Counted from the first letter of the stretch, positions 20,725 to 31,400 are shown. The stretch is 64,000 nt of DNA from Flavobacteriales bacterium (GCA_052437175.1 JBQVOK010000006.1:75066-139065), one strand, 5' to 3'. Numbers and translations: made by a program. The notes: a model not told the origin generated them from the sequence alone.

Positions 20725-22671
20725 ATGAAACTCAAGTACTCTTTACTGATTGCCGGCGTGGCAGGTATACTCGGCAGTGCCTCGGCACAAACGAGCGACC
20801 CTGTGCTGATGCGTGTCGGGAACGACAACGTAACGCTGTCTGAATTTGAAATGATCTACAAGAAAAATCTGCAGAAAGATCAGAAAATTACGCAGGAATC
20901 TCTGGACGAGTATATCAAGCTCTTCACCAATTTTAAACTGAAAGTACAGGCGGCCAAAGATGCCGGTATCGATACCGGACGTGCCTTTGTAACGGAATAT
21001 TCCGGCTACAGACGTCAGCTGGCCCAGCCTTACCTGAAAGATAAAGCTGCCGAGGAAAAACTGGCGCGTATTTATGCCGAGCGTGCAGCTAAGGATGTAC
21101 GTGTGAGCCATATTCTCATTAAAAGCAAAAACGAATGCGATACGGCTGCCGCGGCTAAAAAAGCACAGGAACTTACGGCCAAACTGAAAAAAGGCCTCAA
21201 ATGGGAAGACGCCGTAGCGCAGTATTCCGAGGACGAATTCAGCAAAGCAGCCGGCGGCGACCTGGGATGGTTCACATCCGGCATGTGGGCCTATGCCTTC
21301 GAAAATGCGGCTTACGGACTGAAAAACAACGAAATTTCAGCCCCGGTAAGAACATCGTACGGTTATCACATTATCCGCAAGACCGATGAGCGTGCCGCCC
21401 GCGGCGAAGTAAAAGTGGCCCATATTTTTGCGGCAGCTCCTGAAAAAGATGCCGAAGCCGTGGCCAAAGCCAAAACAAAGATCAGCGAAGCCTACGATAA
21501 ACTGAATGCCGGCACAGCCTGGACCGAAGTACTGATGGCCTACAGCGAAGACCGCAATTCCATGAGCCAGGGCGGCGAGCTGCCTGCTTTTGGTATCGGA
21601 CAGATGGTACCTGCGTTCGAGGATGCCGCTTACGGACTGAAAACCGTGGGGGAATATTCCAAACCCATCCAAACCAAATTCGGCTGGCATATCCTGCGCC
21701 TTTCCGAAAAGAAAACGGCTCCCGCCTATGACCAGGATGCCGACGGATACCTGAAAAAAGTACAGAAAAGCGCCCAGCTTACCCGCATCCTGAACGATAA
21801 TTTCACAGCCCGCATCAAACCGGAAGTAGCCTTCAGCGAAAACGAGAAATTCTGGAGCGATCTGCTCAAATCCATCGGAACGGGTAATGTACGCGTATCC
21901 CGCCTCGATAGCATTGCCGATGCACCGCTCTTCAGCATCGGGGGCGTACAGGTTATGTATAAGGATTTTGCCGATTACTTTAAGCCGCGTGTGCCCCGCA
22001 ACGGCGATATCAACTACTGCAGCCTGCGCGAAAAATACTACATGCCCTATGTACAGCAGAAAGTGGGCGAAGCCTACGAATCGAAGCTGGAGAGCAAATT
22101 CCCGGAATACCGCAGCCTGATGAAAGAATTTAAGGAAGGTATGATGCAGTTTGAACTGATGAAGCAGAACGTATGGGATAAATCGGTGGAAGACACCGCC
22201 GGTCTGCGTACCTACTTTAACCAGCACCGCAGTGAATACATGTGGGGCCCGCGTAACGAAGCCATTCAGTTCACCTCGGCCGACAGCAATGCCCTGGCCG
22301 CCCTGCTGCCTTCCCTGGATAAACTGGCTGCCGGTAAGACCAGCGTAGACAAACTGCTGAAAAAAGTAAACAAAAAAGAAACGGTGATCACTACCTCGGT
22401 GGTACTGGAAGAAAAGACCGACAACGAAGGTCTTATCGCCACGCACATCAAGTCGGGACAGGTATCGCCGGTGTTCCGTTCCAAAGAGAACCAGAACGTA
22501 CTGGTACTTACCACGGAGCGTGCTCCCGAGCCGAAAGACCTGAAAGACGTAAAAGGTGCCGTGATTTCCAAATACCAGGAATACCTGGAGAACGAATGGA
22601 TCAATGTGCTGAAGGCCCGTTATCCCGTTCAGGTAGACAATAAAGTACTGTATAAGCTTATAACCCGTTAA
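20725..22671 (+). CDS. peptidylprolyl isomerase, parvulin type, two rotamase domains (SurA/PpiD-like periplasmic chaperone)
   Basis: Signal peptide. Two PpiC domains ('VRVSHILIKS...GGDLGWF...YGYHIIRK' and 'VKVAHIFAAA...GGELPAF...FGWHILRL'). Confidence 0.85.
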   Translation: MKLKYSLLIAGVAGILGSASAQTSDPVLMRVGNDNVTLSEFEMIYKKNLQKDQKITQESLDEYIKLFTNFKLKVQAAKDAGIDTGRAFVTEYSGYRRQLAQPYLKDKAAEEKLARIYAERAAKDVRVSHILIKSKNECDTAAAAKKAQELTAKLKKGLKWEDAVAQYSEDEFSKAAGGDLGWFTSGMWAYAFENAAYGLKNNEISAPVRTSYGYHIIRKTDERAARGEVKVAHIFAAAPEKDAEAVAKAKTKISEAYDKLNAGTAWTEVLMAYSEDRNSMSQGGELPAFGIGQMVPAFEDAAYGLKTVGEYSKPIQTKFGWHILRLSEKKTAPAYDQDADGYLKKVQKSAQLTRILNDNFTARIKPEVAFSENEKFWSDLLKSIGTGNVRVSRLDSIADAPLFSIGGVQVMYKDFADYFKPRVPRNGDINYCSLREKYYMPYVQQKVGEAYESKLESKFPEYRSLMKEFKEGMMQFELMKQNVWDKSVEDTAGLRTYFNQHRSEYMWGPRNEAIQFTSADSNALAALLPSLDKLAAGKTSVDKLLKKVNKKETVITTSVVLEEKTDNEGLIATHIKSGQVSPVFRSKENQNVLVLTTERAPEPKDLKDVKGAVISKYQEYLENEWINVLKARYPVQVDNKVLYKLITR

Positions 22672-23528
22672 TGAAGCATAGGGCGCGGACGTATATACTC
22701 AGTTCTCTTTTCCTGCTGGTTGCCTGTGGCAGCGGGCCGGACAGGGGAGAAGTGGTTGCCCGTGCCGGCGATGCCGAATTATACGAAGCCGATATTAAAG
22801 AGGCTGTTCCTTCCGGTTTAAACGAAAGGGACAGCCTCCTTTTTTTACAGGGCTACGTAACCCGCTGGACCCAGGAACAGCTTATCTATCAGCTGGCCCT
22901 GGAAAACCTGCCCGAAGAAGAGGCCCGCATCGATGAAGAAGTGCAGCAGTACAAACGTTCGCTCATGATCTTTGCCTATGAGAACGAACTGGTGCGCAAA
23001 AAACTGGATACTACCGTTACCCCCGCCGAGACCGAAGCGTATTTTAACGAACATAAAAGCGATTTTGCCCTGCAGCAGAGCATTGTAAAATACCACCTTA
23101 TGATCTTCCCGGAAGGAGCCAAAGGCAGCGAAAAAGCGCTGAAACTGTTTGCTTCGCCGGGTACGGAAGACCTGTCGGAACTTACCCGCTTCTGCAGCGA
23201 AACCGCATACCAGTGTAACCTGGAGGACGAATGGTCCACCACCGAAGAACTGAAAATGCAGGTGAAACCACTGCCCGCCTGGCTGGAATCCAACAGTCTG
23301 GCCGCCGGCAAAACCTACCGTTTTACCGACTCTACACTCAGCTATGCACTAAAGATTAACGAACTTAAAATAAATAAGGATATTCCTCCGTTAGACTTCG
23401 TGAAAAACGAGATCCGGGAAATTATTCTCAATAAACGTAAAACGGTATTGCTAAATACCATCCGTACGGATATTTTTACCGAAGCCGAAAAAAAGAAAAC
23501 AACCGAAATATATCTGCCTCTAAAATAG
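22671..23528 (+). CDS. lipoprotein, SurA N-terminal-domain-like chaperone protein without a PPIase domain
   Basis: Lipobox 'LLVACGSG'. The start codon overlaps the upstream stop (TAATG). It sits between two parvulin genes. The fold assignment is by context and composition only. Confidence 0.55.
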   Translation: MKHRARTYILSSLFLLVACGSGPDRGEVVARAGDAELYEADIKEAVPSGLNERDSLLFLQGYVTRWTQEQLIYQLALENLPEEEARIDEEVQQYKRSLMIFAYENELVRKKLDTTVTPAETEAYFNEHKSDFALQQSIVKYHLMIFPEGAKGSEKALKLFASPGTEDLSELTRFCSETAYQCNLEDEWSTTEELKMQVKPLPAWLESNSLAAGKTYRFTDSTLSYALKINELKINKDIPPLDFVKNEIREIILNKRKTVLLNTIRTDIFTEAEKKKTTEIYLPLK

Positions 23529-24872
23529 ATGAAAAAACTTTTTGTAATACTGGGATTCCTGTGTGGCATATCACTTCATGCACAGATCGTGATCGATGAA
23601 GTGGTGGGCGTGGTCGGTGCCGAACCCATCCTGCTGAGCGAAGTGGAAGAACAGGCCCAGAACGACTTTATGGAAGGACAGGCAGGCGCACGTGATTTTA
23701 AAACGAAATGCGGCCTGTTCGAACGTCTGCTGTTTGAAAAAATGCTGCTGAACCAGGCCGAAAAAGACTCCCTGGTGGTTAGCGATGACCAGGTGGAAAC
23801 CGAGATGGACCGCCGTATGCAGTACTTTATTATCCAGGCCGGCGGTGAAAAACAGCTGGAGGATTTCCTGGGACAGACCATCCCCGAGATCAAGAAAAAC
23901 TTCCGCGATAACATCCGCAAACAGCTGCTGGTACAACAGATGCAGCAAAAAGTGATCGAACGTGTAAAAGTGACCCCGGCCGAAGTAAAGGCCTATTTCA
24001 ACCAAATCCCGAAAGACAGTCTGCCCCTGGTGGCCTCTGAAATAGAATACGCGCAGATCACCATTCTGCCCAAACCTTCGGACGAAGCCCGTGCTGCGGC
24101 ACGCCGCCATGCCCAGAAGATACGGGAAGACATCGGCAAGGGCAGTTCGTTCTGTCTCAAAGCCCGCCTCGAAAGCGAAGACATCGCTTCGGCACAGAAC
24201 TGCGGCGAGCTGGGTTTCCTGCGCCGCGAAGACCTGGTGCCCGAGTTCTCGGCCGCCGCCTTCCGCCTCAAAAATTCCACCGAAATATCCGAAGTGGTAG
24301 AGACCGAATTCGGTTTCCACATTATACAGCTGATCGAAAAACGCGGCGAAATGGCCAATTTCAGGCATATACTCATACGTGCAAAAGTAAGCGACGAAGC
24401 GCTGGACATGGCCGCCAAACAGCTCGACAGTATTTCCCTCGTACTCGAAAAAGACAGCCTGGCCTTTGCCAAACTGGCCGAAAAATATTCCAGCGATATG
24501 GAAACCCGCTTCAACGGCGGTAAAGTAGTGAACCAGCGGGCCGGCAGCAGTAAATTCAAAGACGATGAGCTGGACCCCTATGCCCGTATCGAGATCATGC
24601 CGCTGCAGCCCGGACAGGTAAGCCGTCCGCACGTATACCAGATGCAGACCGGCCAGACCGCTTTCCGTATTGTTAAACTGCTTAGCCGTTCGGCACCGCA
24701 CGTAGCCGATCTGAAAAACGACTTCCCGGTGATCGAACAGGCCGCCCTGGCCAATAAACAGGCCGATGCCGTTGCCAAATGGATCGAAAAAAAACAGGGA
24801 GAAGTGTATATTCGCATCGGAGATATCTATGCCGGATGCCCTTTTGACAATAACTGGAAACAGGAAAAATAA
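23529..24872 (+). CDS. peptidylprolyl isomerase (SurA-like, one parvulin domain)
   Basis: Signal peptide; PpiC domain 'FRHILIRAKV ... FGFHIIQLIEKRGE'. The ATG follows the upstream stop directly (TAGATG). Confidence 0.8.
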   Translation: MKKLFVILGFLCGISLHAQIVIDEVVGVVGAEPILLSEVEEQAQNDFMEGQAGARDFKTKCGLFERLLFEKMLLNQAEKDSLVVSDDQVETEMDRRMQYFIIQAGGEKQLEDFLGQTIPEIKKNFRDNIRKQLLVQQMQQKVIERVKVTPAEVKAYFNQIPKDSLPLVASEIEYAQITILPKPSDEARAAARRHAQKIREDIGKGSSFCLKARLESEDIASAQNCGELGFLRREDLVPEFSAAAFRLKNSTEISEVVETEFGFHIIQLIEKRGEMANFRHILIRAKVSDEALDMAAKQLDSISLVLEKDSLAFAKLAEKYSSDMETRFNGGKVVNQRAGSSKFKDDELDPYARIEIMPLQPGQVSRPHVYQMQTGQTAFRIVKLLSRSAPHVADLKNDFPVIEQAALANKQADAVAKWIEKKQGEVYIRIGDIYAGCPFDNNWKQEK

Positions 24873-24891
24873 CCAAAACGAAACTTACTCT

Positions 24892-25851
<960 letters not shown>

Positions 25852-25852
25852 G

Positions 25853-26635
25853 ATGAAATTTGAAAAATGGCAGGGGACGGGCAACGATTTCATTTTCGTA
25901 TATGACCCGGATGCCGTGCTGCAGCTTTCGCAGAAAGAAATAGCCATGCTCTGCCACCGCCGCTTCGGCATCGGGGCCGACGGGTTTATTGCCTGGCAGC
26001 TGAAAGACGGTACTCCTTTCATGAAATACTATAATTCCGACGGACGCGAAAGTACCATGTGCGGGAACGGCGGCCGTTGTTTTGCCGCTTATTCCGTGTA
26101 CAATGAACTGGCGGCTATCGATATTCCCTTTCATTTTAATGCGGTGGATGGTCCGCACGAAGCCCGTATACAAAAAGATGCCGAAGGCCTGTACCGCGTA
26201 GAGCTGAAAATGAGTGACGTAAAAGCGCCCGAACTCAGCGGAAAGGATACCATTCTCAACACCGGTTCGCCGCATTACGTAATGCCGGCCGATGCCACAT
26301 TCCTGGAACGGGAATCCATTGTGGAAGCGGCCCGCGCCGTACGCAACAACGATCGTTTCCGGGCCGAAGGTATCAACGTAAATTTTGTACATGCAGATGC
26401 GGAGGGCAACCTGCACATGCGTACCTACGAACGCGGCGTAGAAGACGAGACCTACAGCTGCGGTACCGGGGTTACGGCGGCCGCCCTGGCCTTTTACCCG
26501 GTGCTGAAAAAAGAACATGTATACGTACGCACGCCCGGCGGAAACCTGGAAGTACGCTTTAAGCCGCTTGCTTCCGGTTTTGAAGACGTATGGCTCATCG
26601 GGCCGGCGGCGCTGGTGTTTGAAGGCAGCCTGTAA
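25853..26635 (+). CDS. dapF: diaminopimelate epimerase
   Basis: 'MKFEKWQGTGNDFIFV...' N-terminus, catalytic Cys motifs 'MCGNGGRCF' and 'SCGTG'. Confidence 0.9.
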   Translation: MKFEKWQGTGNDFIFVYDPDAVLQLSQKEIAMLCHRRFGIGADGFIAWQLKDGTPFMKYYNSDGRESTMCGNGGRCFAAYSVYNELAAIDIPFHFNAVDGPHEARIQKDAEGLYRVELKMSDVKAPELSGKDTILNTGSPHYVMPADATFLERESIVEAARAVRNNDRFRAEGINVNFVHADAEGNLHMRTYERGVEDETYSCGTGVTAAALAFYPVLKKEHVYVRTPGGNLEVRFKPLASGFEDVWLIGPAALVFEGSL

Positions 26636-26699
26636 ATACGCTCCGCAAGGGTTGCTATTCGGCAGTATCTCCGTATATTGATGCACCTTACACCATTTT

Positions 26700-27443
26700 A
26701 TGAACCTGTTTTCCTTCCTGAAGAAAAAGAACACACCCCTGACCTCCGGAGGGCCTGTACCCATGCTCCGTGTACATGAGCGGGGTGGTGTGCTGCTGGC
26801 CTGCGACGGGGAGCGCTGCGTTTGGATACTGGCTCCTTTCCACAACACGGGCACGCCTGTATACGTAAAAGGCCCCGATGGGCCGGTAGCGGCCGTTATT
26901 GTGCTGAACCGCCACCGCGAAGGCTGCCTGCCGCTCACTTCTTTTTTTGCCGCGGATGCGTCCCTGCCTGCGGGCGAGATTTACGTAAGCGATCCCGCCA
27001 ACCCGCACGACTGGCATCCGGGTTATCCCGATCCGGAGGGTGTAAATGCTTTGCTGAGCGTAAAACCCCTGCCTGGGGAAATGCAGATCGGCGAACTGCG
27101 TATATGCTTCAATGCCGGCGACGGGTTTGTGAAAATAGAGCGGGAAAATGCATACAGCGGTCGTATAACAGCGTTTTACGTGGGCACCGACATTCTTTTT
27201 ACGGAAGAGGAAGACGCGGCTTTCGGCTCCCGGGAACTCTATTTCTGCGGTAATTTCGAAGAACAGGGTTTTGAACATACGTTCGGGGCCATTGTCAATG
27301 CCGGGGTTTCGTCAGCGGCCGGTAAACTGCATATTTTTATGTGCCGCGACTGGATCCGCGATAACGGCGAAAACTATATACAGGCCTTTAACCAGATGGG
27401 TTTTACGGTGTATAGCAGCGGTGTGCCGGCAACGGATATATAG
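26700..27443 (+). CDS. hypothetical protein (247 aa), no recognisable domain
   Basis: The ORF is non-repetitive and co-oriented with the flanking plus-strand genes. The competing minus-strand ORFs (26688-27278 and 25835-26938) are Arg-rich antisense-like, and one of them contradicts dapF. Confidence 0.5.
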   Translation: MNLFSFLKKKNTPLTSGGPVPMLRVHERGGVLLACDGERCVWILAPFHNTGTPVYVKGPDGPVAAVIVLNRHREGCLPLTSFFAADASLPAGEIYVSDPANPHDWHPGYPDPEGVNALLSVKPLPGEMQIGELRICFNAGDGFVKIERENAYSGRITAFYVGTDILFTEEEDAAFGSRELYFCGNFEEQGFEHTFGAIVNAGVSSAAGKLHIFMCRDWIRDNGENYIQAFNQMGFTVYSSGVPATDI

Positions 27444-27584
27444 ACATAAAGCAAACCTGCCGTATTGTTTTACGTATACTATAGAAATACGGTTTTGTAT
27501 CCGTTACATGCAGTATGGCACTCTTTTTGTGCGATTTTTACAGAAATAGATAAGAATATTGTATATTTATTTAAATATTTCCCT

Positions 27585-28478
27585 ATGAAATACCTGTACG
27601 TTCTATCCGCCTTTCTTCTCTGCAGCCTCTTCCCGCGCACTGTACACGCGCAGTTCATCTATACGGACATAGACCCGGAAATCAGGAGCGAGCTTACCCT
27701 GGACCTGAATGGTGACAGTATAACCGATTTTATTATAAGGTCTGATTTTGCACCTTCCGGCTCGGCACTCCTGGGTGGAGGCGGTACGCATTATTCCATG
27801 ATACGTCCTTACGGCAATTTCGTGCTGCAGGATAGTGTAAGCGGACAGATGAAAATATTCGAGCACGGAGATATGGTGCATGCGGGCCCCGGTCTACCTC
27901 TGTTCGGAGGAGATTATTATTACCGTCTTCTGTTCGAGAGTTACTGGAATTCCTATCCCTCCAACAGTATCAGCGCCGAAAAACAATTTGTGCCGGCAGT
28001 AGCTAATAAGTACCTCGGACTGGCTGTAAACGTGGGCGGACAGTTGTATTACGGATGGCTTAAATTTTCTAAAGTATCTGTGCCGAATGGTTTTGACTGG
28101 CTTATTTTTAAATCCTACGCTTTTAATACCGTTCCCGATGAACCCATTGAGATCGACGATCCCCGTCATGGTGATGAGGCTGAAGAAACGGATCCTGTAT
28201 ATACACCGGGTGTGCAACCTGCGGAAGGAGCCGGGCTTAACCTGTATCCCAATCCGGTACAAGCCGGGCAGACCATCCACCTTATACGTCTGTCGGATGT
28301 GGCGCAACTCGATGTGATCAATATGAACGGCACTACCGTATTTACACGCACGTACGCAGCAGGAACCAAAGAGATCCATTTTTACGAACCGGGACTTAAA
28401 ACGGGTACCTATATGATGCGTATCATCTATACAGATGCCGGACAGGTGCCTACCGTACACCGCATCGTGGTGGAATAA
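27585..28478 (+). CDS. small T9SS type-A cargo protein of unknown function
   Basis: Signal peptide MKYLYVLSAFLLCSLFPRTVHA. C-terminal 'LNLYPNPVQAGQTIHL...GTYMMRIIYTDAGQVPTVHRIVVE' is a Por secretion tail. I chose the start at 27585 rather than the 27465 ORF start. Confidence 0.7.
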   Translation: MKYLYVLSAFLLCSLFPRTVHAQFIYTDIDPEIRSELTLDLNGDSITDFIIRSDFAPSGSALLGGGGTHYSMIRPYGNFVLQDSVSGQMKIFEHGDMVHAGPGLPLFGGDYYYRLLFESYWNSYPSNSISAEKQFVPAVANKYLGLAVNVGGQLYYGWLKFSKVSVPNGFDWLIFKSYAFNTVPDEPIEIDDPRHGDEAEETDPVYTPGVQPAEGAGLNLYPNPVQAGQTIHLIRLSDVAQLDVINMNGTTVFTRTYAAGTKEIHFYEPGLKTGTYMMRIIYTDAGQVPTVHRIVVE

Positions 28479-28484
28479 AAGCGC

Positions 28485-29765
28485 TTACAATCCGAATATC
28501 TTTCTCAGGTAGGGGCTCAGGAACACGCCGTCCGGGTCCTGCGCGGCACGCTGGGCATGGAAAGCATCCCACTGCGGGTAGGCCTGCTGCAGGTAAGCCG
28601 GGGTACAGGTATGCATTTTGCCCCAGTGCGGCCGGCCGCCATGTGCCTGGAAAATAGCTTCCATATCGCGGAAATAACGGGTATTGTCCACACCCTTGTA
28701 GGCATGGCAGGCAATATAGGCCGAGTTGCGCTTATGGGCCGGGCTCAGGTACATTTCGTCCTCTTTTACAAAGCGGTTCTCAATGGGGAAATTGATCGGG
28801 TATTTTTCGCTGCCGAAACGTGCCGTTAGTTCCTTCATTACGTCTTTGTACTGCTCCAGGGGTACGTTGTATTCCATTTCGGTGAACTTTACCAGGCGCT
28901 GCGTGGCAAATACGTTGTGTGCTTCCTTCACTTTGGTTTCCTTTCCGATGAAAGATGCTGTAAGTCGGGAAACGGCAGGCGCTGTGGATGGGAAGTTTTT
29001 TGCCACACTGCAGAACAGCCCGAATACGTGATTCTCCAGCAATACTTCGTCTATCCAGGCTTTCCAGCCCGGTGTATGCGTGGCGGCGGTGGTTACCGCA
29101 TTGCTGTACTTGGTTTGCGTATACGGCGTATGTGGCAGCCAGTAGAATTCGAAGTTGCGGTTTTCATGAATATACGTTTCCAGCTTGTTCAGGACATCCT
29201 CGAGCCGTTCTTTTTTCTTTTCGAGGTGCAGGTTATAGGCAGGCACACAGCGTAGTTTCATACGGGTAATGATGCCCATGCTGCCCAGTGAAATGCGTAT
29301 ACTGTTGAACAGGGCTTCGTCAGCGGCGTTGCAGGTAATGATCTCGCCCTTTCCGTTCACAAAAGTGATCTCTTCGATTTGTGTACTGATATTCCCGAAC
29401 GTGATGCCCGTACCGTGCGTGCCGGTGGCTGTAGCCCCGGAGATCGACTGTACATTGATATCGCCCAGGTTTTCCTGTGAGAGTCCCATGGCAAACAGAT
29501 CGGCGCCCAGTTTTTTCAGTTTGGTGCCGCCCTGTGCCCAGGCACGGTTTTCTTCGGGAGCGGGTGAGGTCTGCTGCATCCTGTCCAGGCTAAGGCTTAG
29601 CTGATCGGTGGCGCAAAGTGCCGTGAACGAATGCCCGGAACCTATGGCCCGGATGTGTTTGCCGTTTTTGCGCGCGCGTATCACCAGGTCGGCAACCTGT
29701 TCTTCGGTTTCGGGATACGCAGTTTCGGAAGGGTTCCAGTGGATGTTTTCGGCCCAGTTTTTCAT
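28485..29765 (-). CDS. FAD-linked oxidase of the D-arabinono-1,4-lactone / L-gulonolactone oxidase family
   Basis: FAD_binding_4-type N-terminus ('IRAIGSGHSFT') and a C-terminal ALO-like domain ('HNVFATQRLVKFTEMEYNVPLEQ'). Confidence 0.75.
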   Translation of the reverse strand: MKNWAENIHWNPSETAYPETEEQVADLVIRARKNGKHIRAIGSGHSFTALCATDQLSLSLDRMQQTSPAPEENRAWAQGGTKLKKLGADLFAMGLSQENLGDINVQSISGATATGTHGTGITFGNISTQIEEITFVNGKGEIITCNAADEALFNSIRISLGSMGIITRMKLRCVPAYNLHLEKKKERLEDVLNKLETYIHENRNFEFYWLPHTPYTQTKYSNAVTTAATHTPGWKAWIDEVLLENHVFGLFCSVAKNFPSTAPAVSRLTASFIGKETKVKEAHNVFATQRLVKFTEMEYNVPLEQYKDVMKELTARFGSEKYPINFPIENRFVKEDEMYLSPAHKRNSAYIACHAYKGVDNTRYFRDMEAIFQAHGGRPHWGKMHTCTPAYLQQAYPQWDAFHAQRAAQDPDGVFLSPYLRKIFGL

Positions 29766-29773
29766 AGTGTTGT

Positions 29774-30982
29774 TCAGTGAAAGTCAAATCCTTCGCCGCG
29801 GTACGTGGGCCATTGGTCCATGAGTCCGCCCGAACGGAAAACGTGCAGGGTATTAAAATGTTCGCAGAGTTCACCGGCTTTGGCGTGGCGCATTACCACA
29901 ATACCGCCGGGTTGCAGCAGGTTGCCGGTGTAGAGCAGGGGCGTTTGTACTTCGCCGGCTCCTTCGTTTTTAAGCAGGGTAGCGCTTTGGGGGCGGTACA
30001 CCTGGGGCGTTTTGGCCGCATCGGTGGCGCCGGAGGCAATAAAACCGCCGCTCTGGCAGGTATAGATGTCCGGGGCCGGATTGCGGGTTACACGCAGTAC
30101 AAAGCCGGCAGCCGGTATATGGCGGAACTGCTGGTAGCCATCGAACAGGTGCGACTGGAAATAGCCCGAACCCACCGTTACTTCGGTTACGTCCTTTTCG
30201 AGGCAGGTGCTTTCGATGCTGCCCGTACCGCCTCCGTTTACCTCTATATTCCGGCCGGTACGGCGGCGTATAAGCGCCACGGCTTCCATACGTCGTTTGG
30301 CGATCTTAGGTACGGAACGCTTTTTCAGGTAGCGGATCACCCGGTTGTACAGACCTTTGCCCGGGGCATTATCGGCAATGCCCGCCACCTGGGCCTCGTA
30401 GCCCATGGCTCCCCATATTTCCAGGCGGGGACAAAGATCCAGCTGGTCCAGGAAACGGGTAAGCGTTTCGGTATTGTTCAGCGAAGAACGGAAAACCCCG
30501 AAATAAATCCCGGGAAAACGTACAGACATGTCCAGGTCGATGCATATACGAACCGTATGGTCCTCGCGGGCGGCAATATCCTGCAGCAGACTGATGTGTT
30601 CCGGCCGGTCGGTCATGAAAATGATGAGCGCCCCGGTTTCCTTCATGGCCTGTATAGCTTCACTGATCTGTTCGGCTTCCATGCAGGGGTACCCGCACAG
30701 GATATTTTTAAAACCGCGGCGTGCGAGCATCACCGATTCGGCTACGGAATACGACATAATGCCGGCAATATGCTGCTGCTGTGCGGCAATATATTCCAGC
30801 ACCCGGCTGTTACGTATGCTCTTGGAGGCAATGCGTACGGGCATGGTACCGCAACGCTGCGAAATGCTGCGGATATTGGCATCCAGGGCATCCAGGTCGA
30901 GCCAGGCCAGGGGCAGGGTACGTCCCGAAAAAAGGGCTGAAAAACGTTCGTAGGAATGGTCCGTTTCAGGATGTGTGGTCAT
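29774..30982 (-). CDS. PLP-dependent enzyme with alanine-racemase-like (fold type III) N-terminal domain (DSD1 / D-threonine aldolase / YhfX-like)
   Basis: 'VRIASKSIR' candidate PLP-lysine segment; TIM-barrel plus C-terminal beta domain length (~400 aa). I chose the start at M32 of the listed ORF to minimise overlap with the upstream gene. Confidence 0.6.
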   Translation of the reverse strand: MTTHPETDHSYERFSALFSGRTLPLAWLDLDALDANIRSISQRCGTMPVRIASKSIRNSRVLEYIAAQQQHIAGIMSYSVAESVMLARRGFKNILCGYPCMEAEQISEAIQAMKETGALIIFMTDRPEHISLLQDIAAREDHTVRICIDLDMSVRFPGIYFGVFRSSLNNTETLTRFLDQLDLCPRLEIWGAMGYEAQVAGIADNAPGKGLYNRVIRYLKKRSVPKIAKRRMEAVALIRRRTGRNIEVNGGGTGSIESTCLEKDVTEVTVGSGYFQSHLFDGYQQFRHIPAAGFVLRVTRNPAPDIYTCQSGGFIASGATDAAKTPQVYRPQSATLLKNEGAGEVQTPLLYTGNLLQPGGIVVMRHAKAGELCEHFNTLHVFRSGGLMDQWPTYRGEGFDFH

Positions 30983-31400
30983 ATACGATTTTCCAGTTCG
31001 ATTTAGTTTTTCTGAAAATAAGGGTGAATCGTCCGCCTGCAGAGGGCGTTTCCGGGTAACTAAGATTCCAGGCACCGCTTACAATGGCCCGTCCGGCCCC
31101 GGCGCAGGTGATCTGCAGCTCGCTGAACTCCAGGGTACCCATGGCTTCTTTACCGGGATAGGCCTTTTTGTAATTATCGAGTGTCTGCTGCCAGCCGGAG
31201 GTCACTTTTTTGCCGCTTACAAAACGCAGTTCGGGTCCGGTACTGTAGCCGGCCATAAATCCTTCGATGTCGCCCCTGTTCCAGGCCTCCTGCTGCATTT
31301 CGAGTACCGCCTGCACTTTCCGGGTACAGGAACAGGCCGCAGAGGCATGGAAAACAGAAAACAAAAGAGAAATGAACAGGAGAACGCTTATTCTTTTCAT
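30966..31400 (-). CDS. SnoaL-like / NTF2-fold protein (DUF4440-like) with signal peptide
   Basis: 'MKRISVLLFISLLFSVFHASAA' signal, then ~120 aa with an 'AWNRGDIEGFMAGY...FVSG' pattern typical of DUF4440/SnoaL-like proteins. Its 3' end overlaps the next gene by 17 nt. Confidence 0.55.
   Translation of the reverse strand: MKRISVLLFISLLFSVFHASAACSCTRKVQAVLEMQQEAWNRGDIEGFMAGYSTGPELRFVSGKKVTSGWQQTLDNYKKAYPGKEAMGTLEFSELQITCAGAGRAIVSGAWNLSYPETPSAGGRFTLIFRKTKSNWKIVYDHTS

Noticed and set aside
21337-22446. 369-aa antisense ORF across the two-domain parvulin gene, and a similar 376-aa ORF at 23571-24701 across the SurA-like gene
   Set aside because: Both oppose genes with clear PpiC-domain motifs, and their products are Phe/Gly/Ala-rich with no motifs. 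Shadow ORFs.
24766-24891. Longer N-terminal extensions offered by the ORF track for MoxR (24766), the small T9SS cargo (27465), GT4 (42632), acyl-CoA dehydrogenase (58785), leuS (53830) and the PLP enzyme (31075)
   Set aside because: In each case a downstream in-frame Met begins exactly where homology, the signal peptide or the upstream gene's stop predicts. The extensions would overlap upstream genes or add non-conserved residues.
29777-30940. 387-aa plus-strand ORF antisense to the fold-III PLP enzyme gene
   Set aside because: The product is Gly/Ala/Arg-rich and repetitive, whereas the minus-strand frame has a PLP-enzyme-like domain layout.
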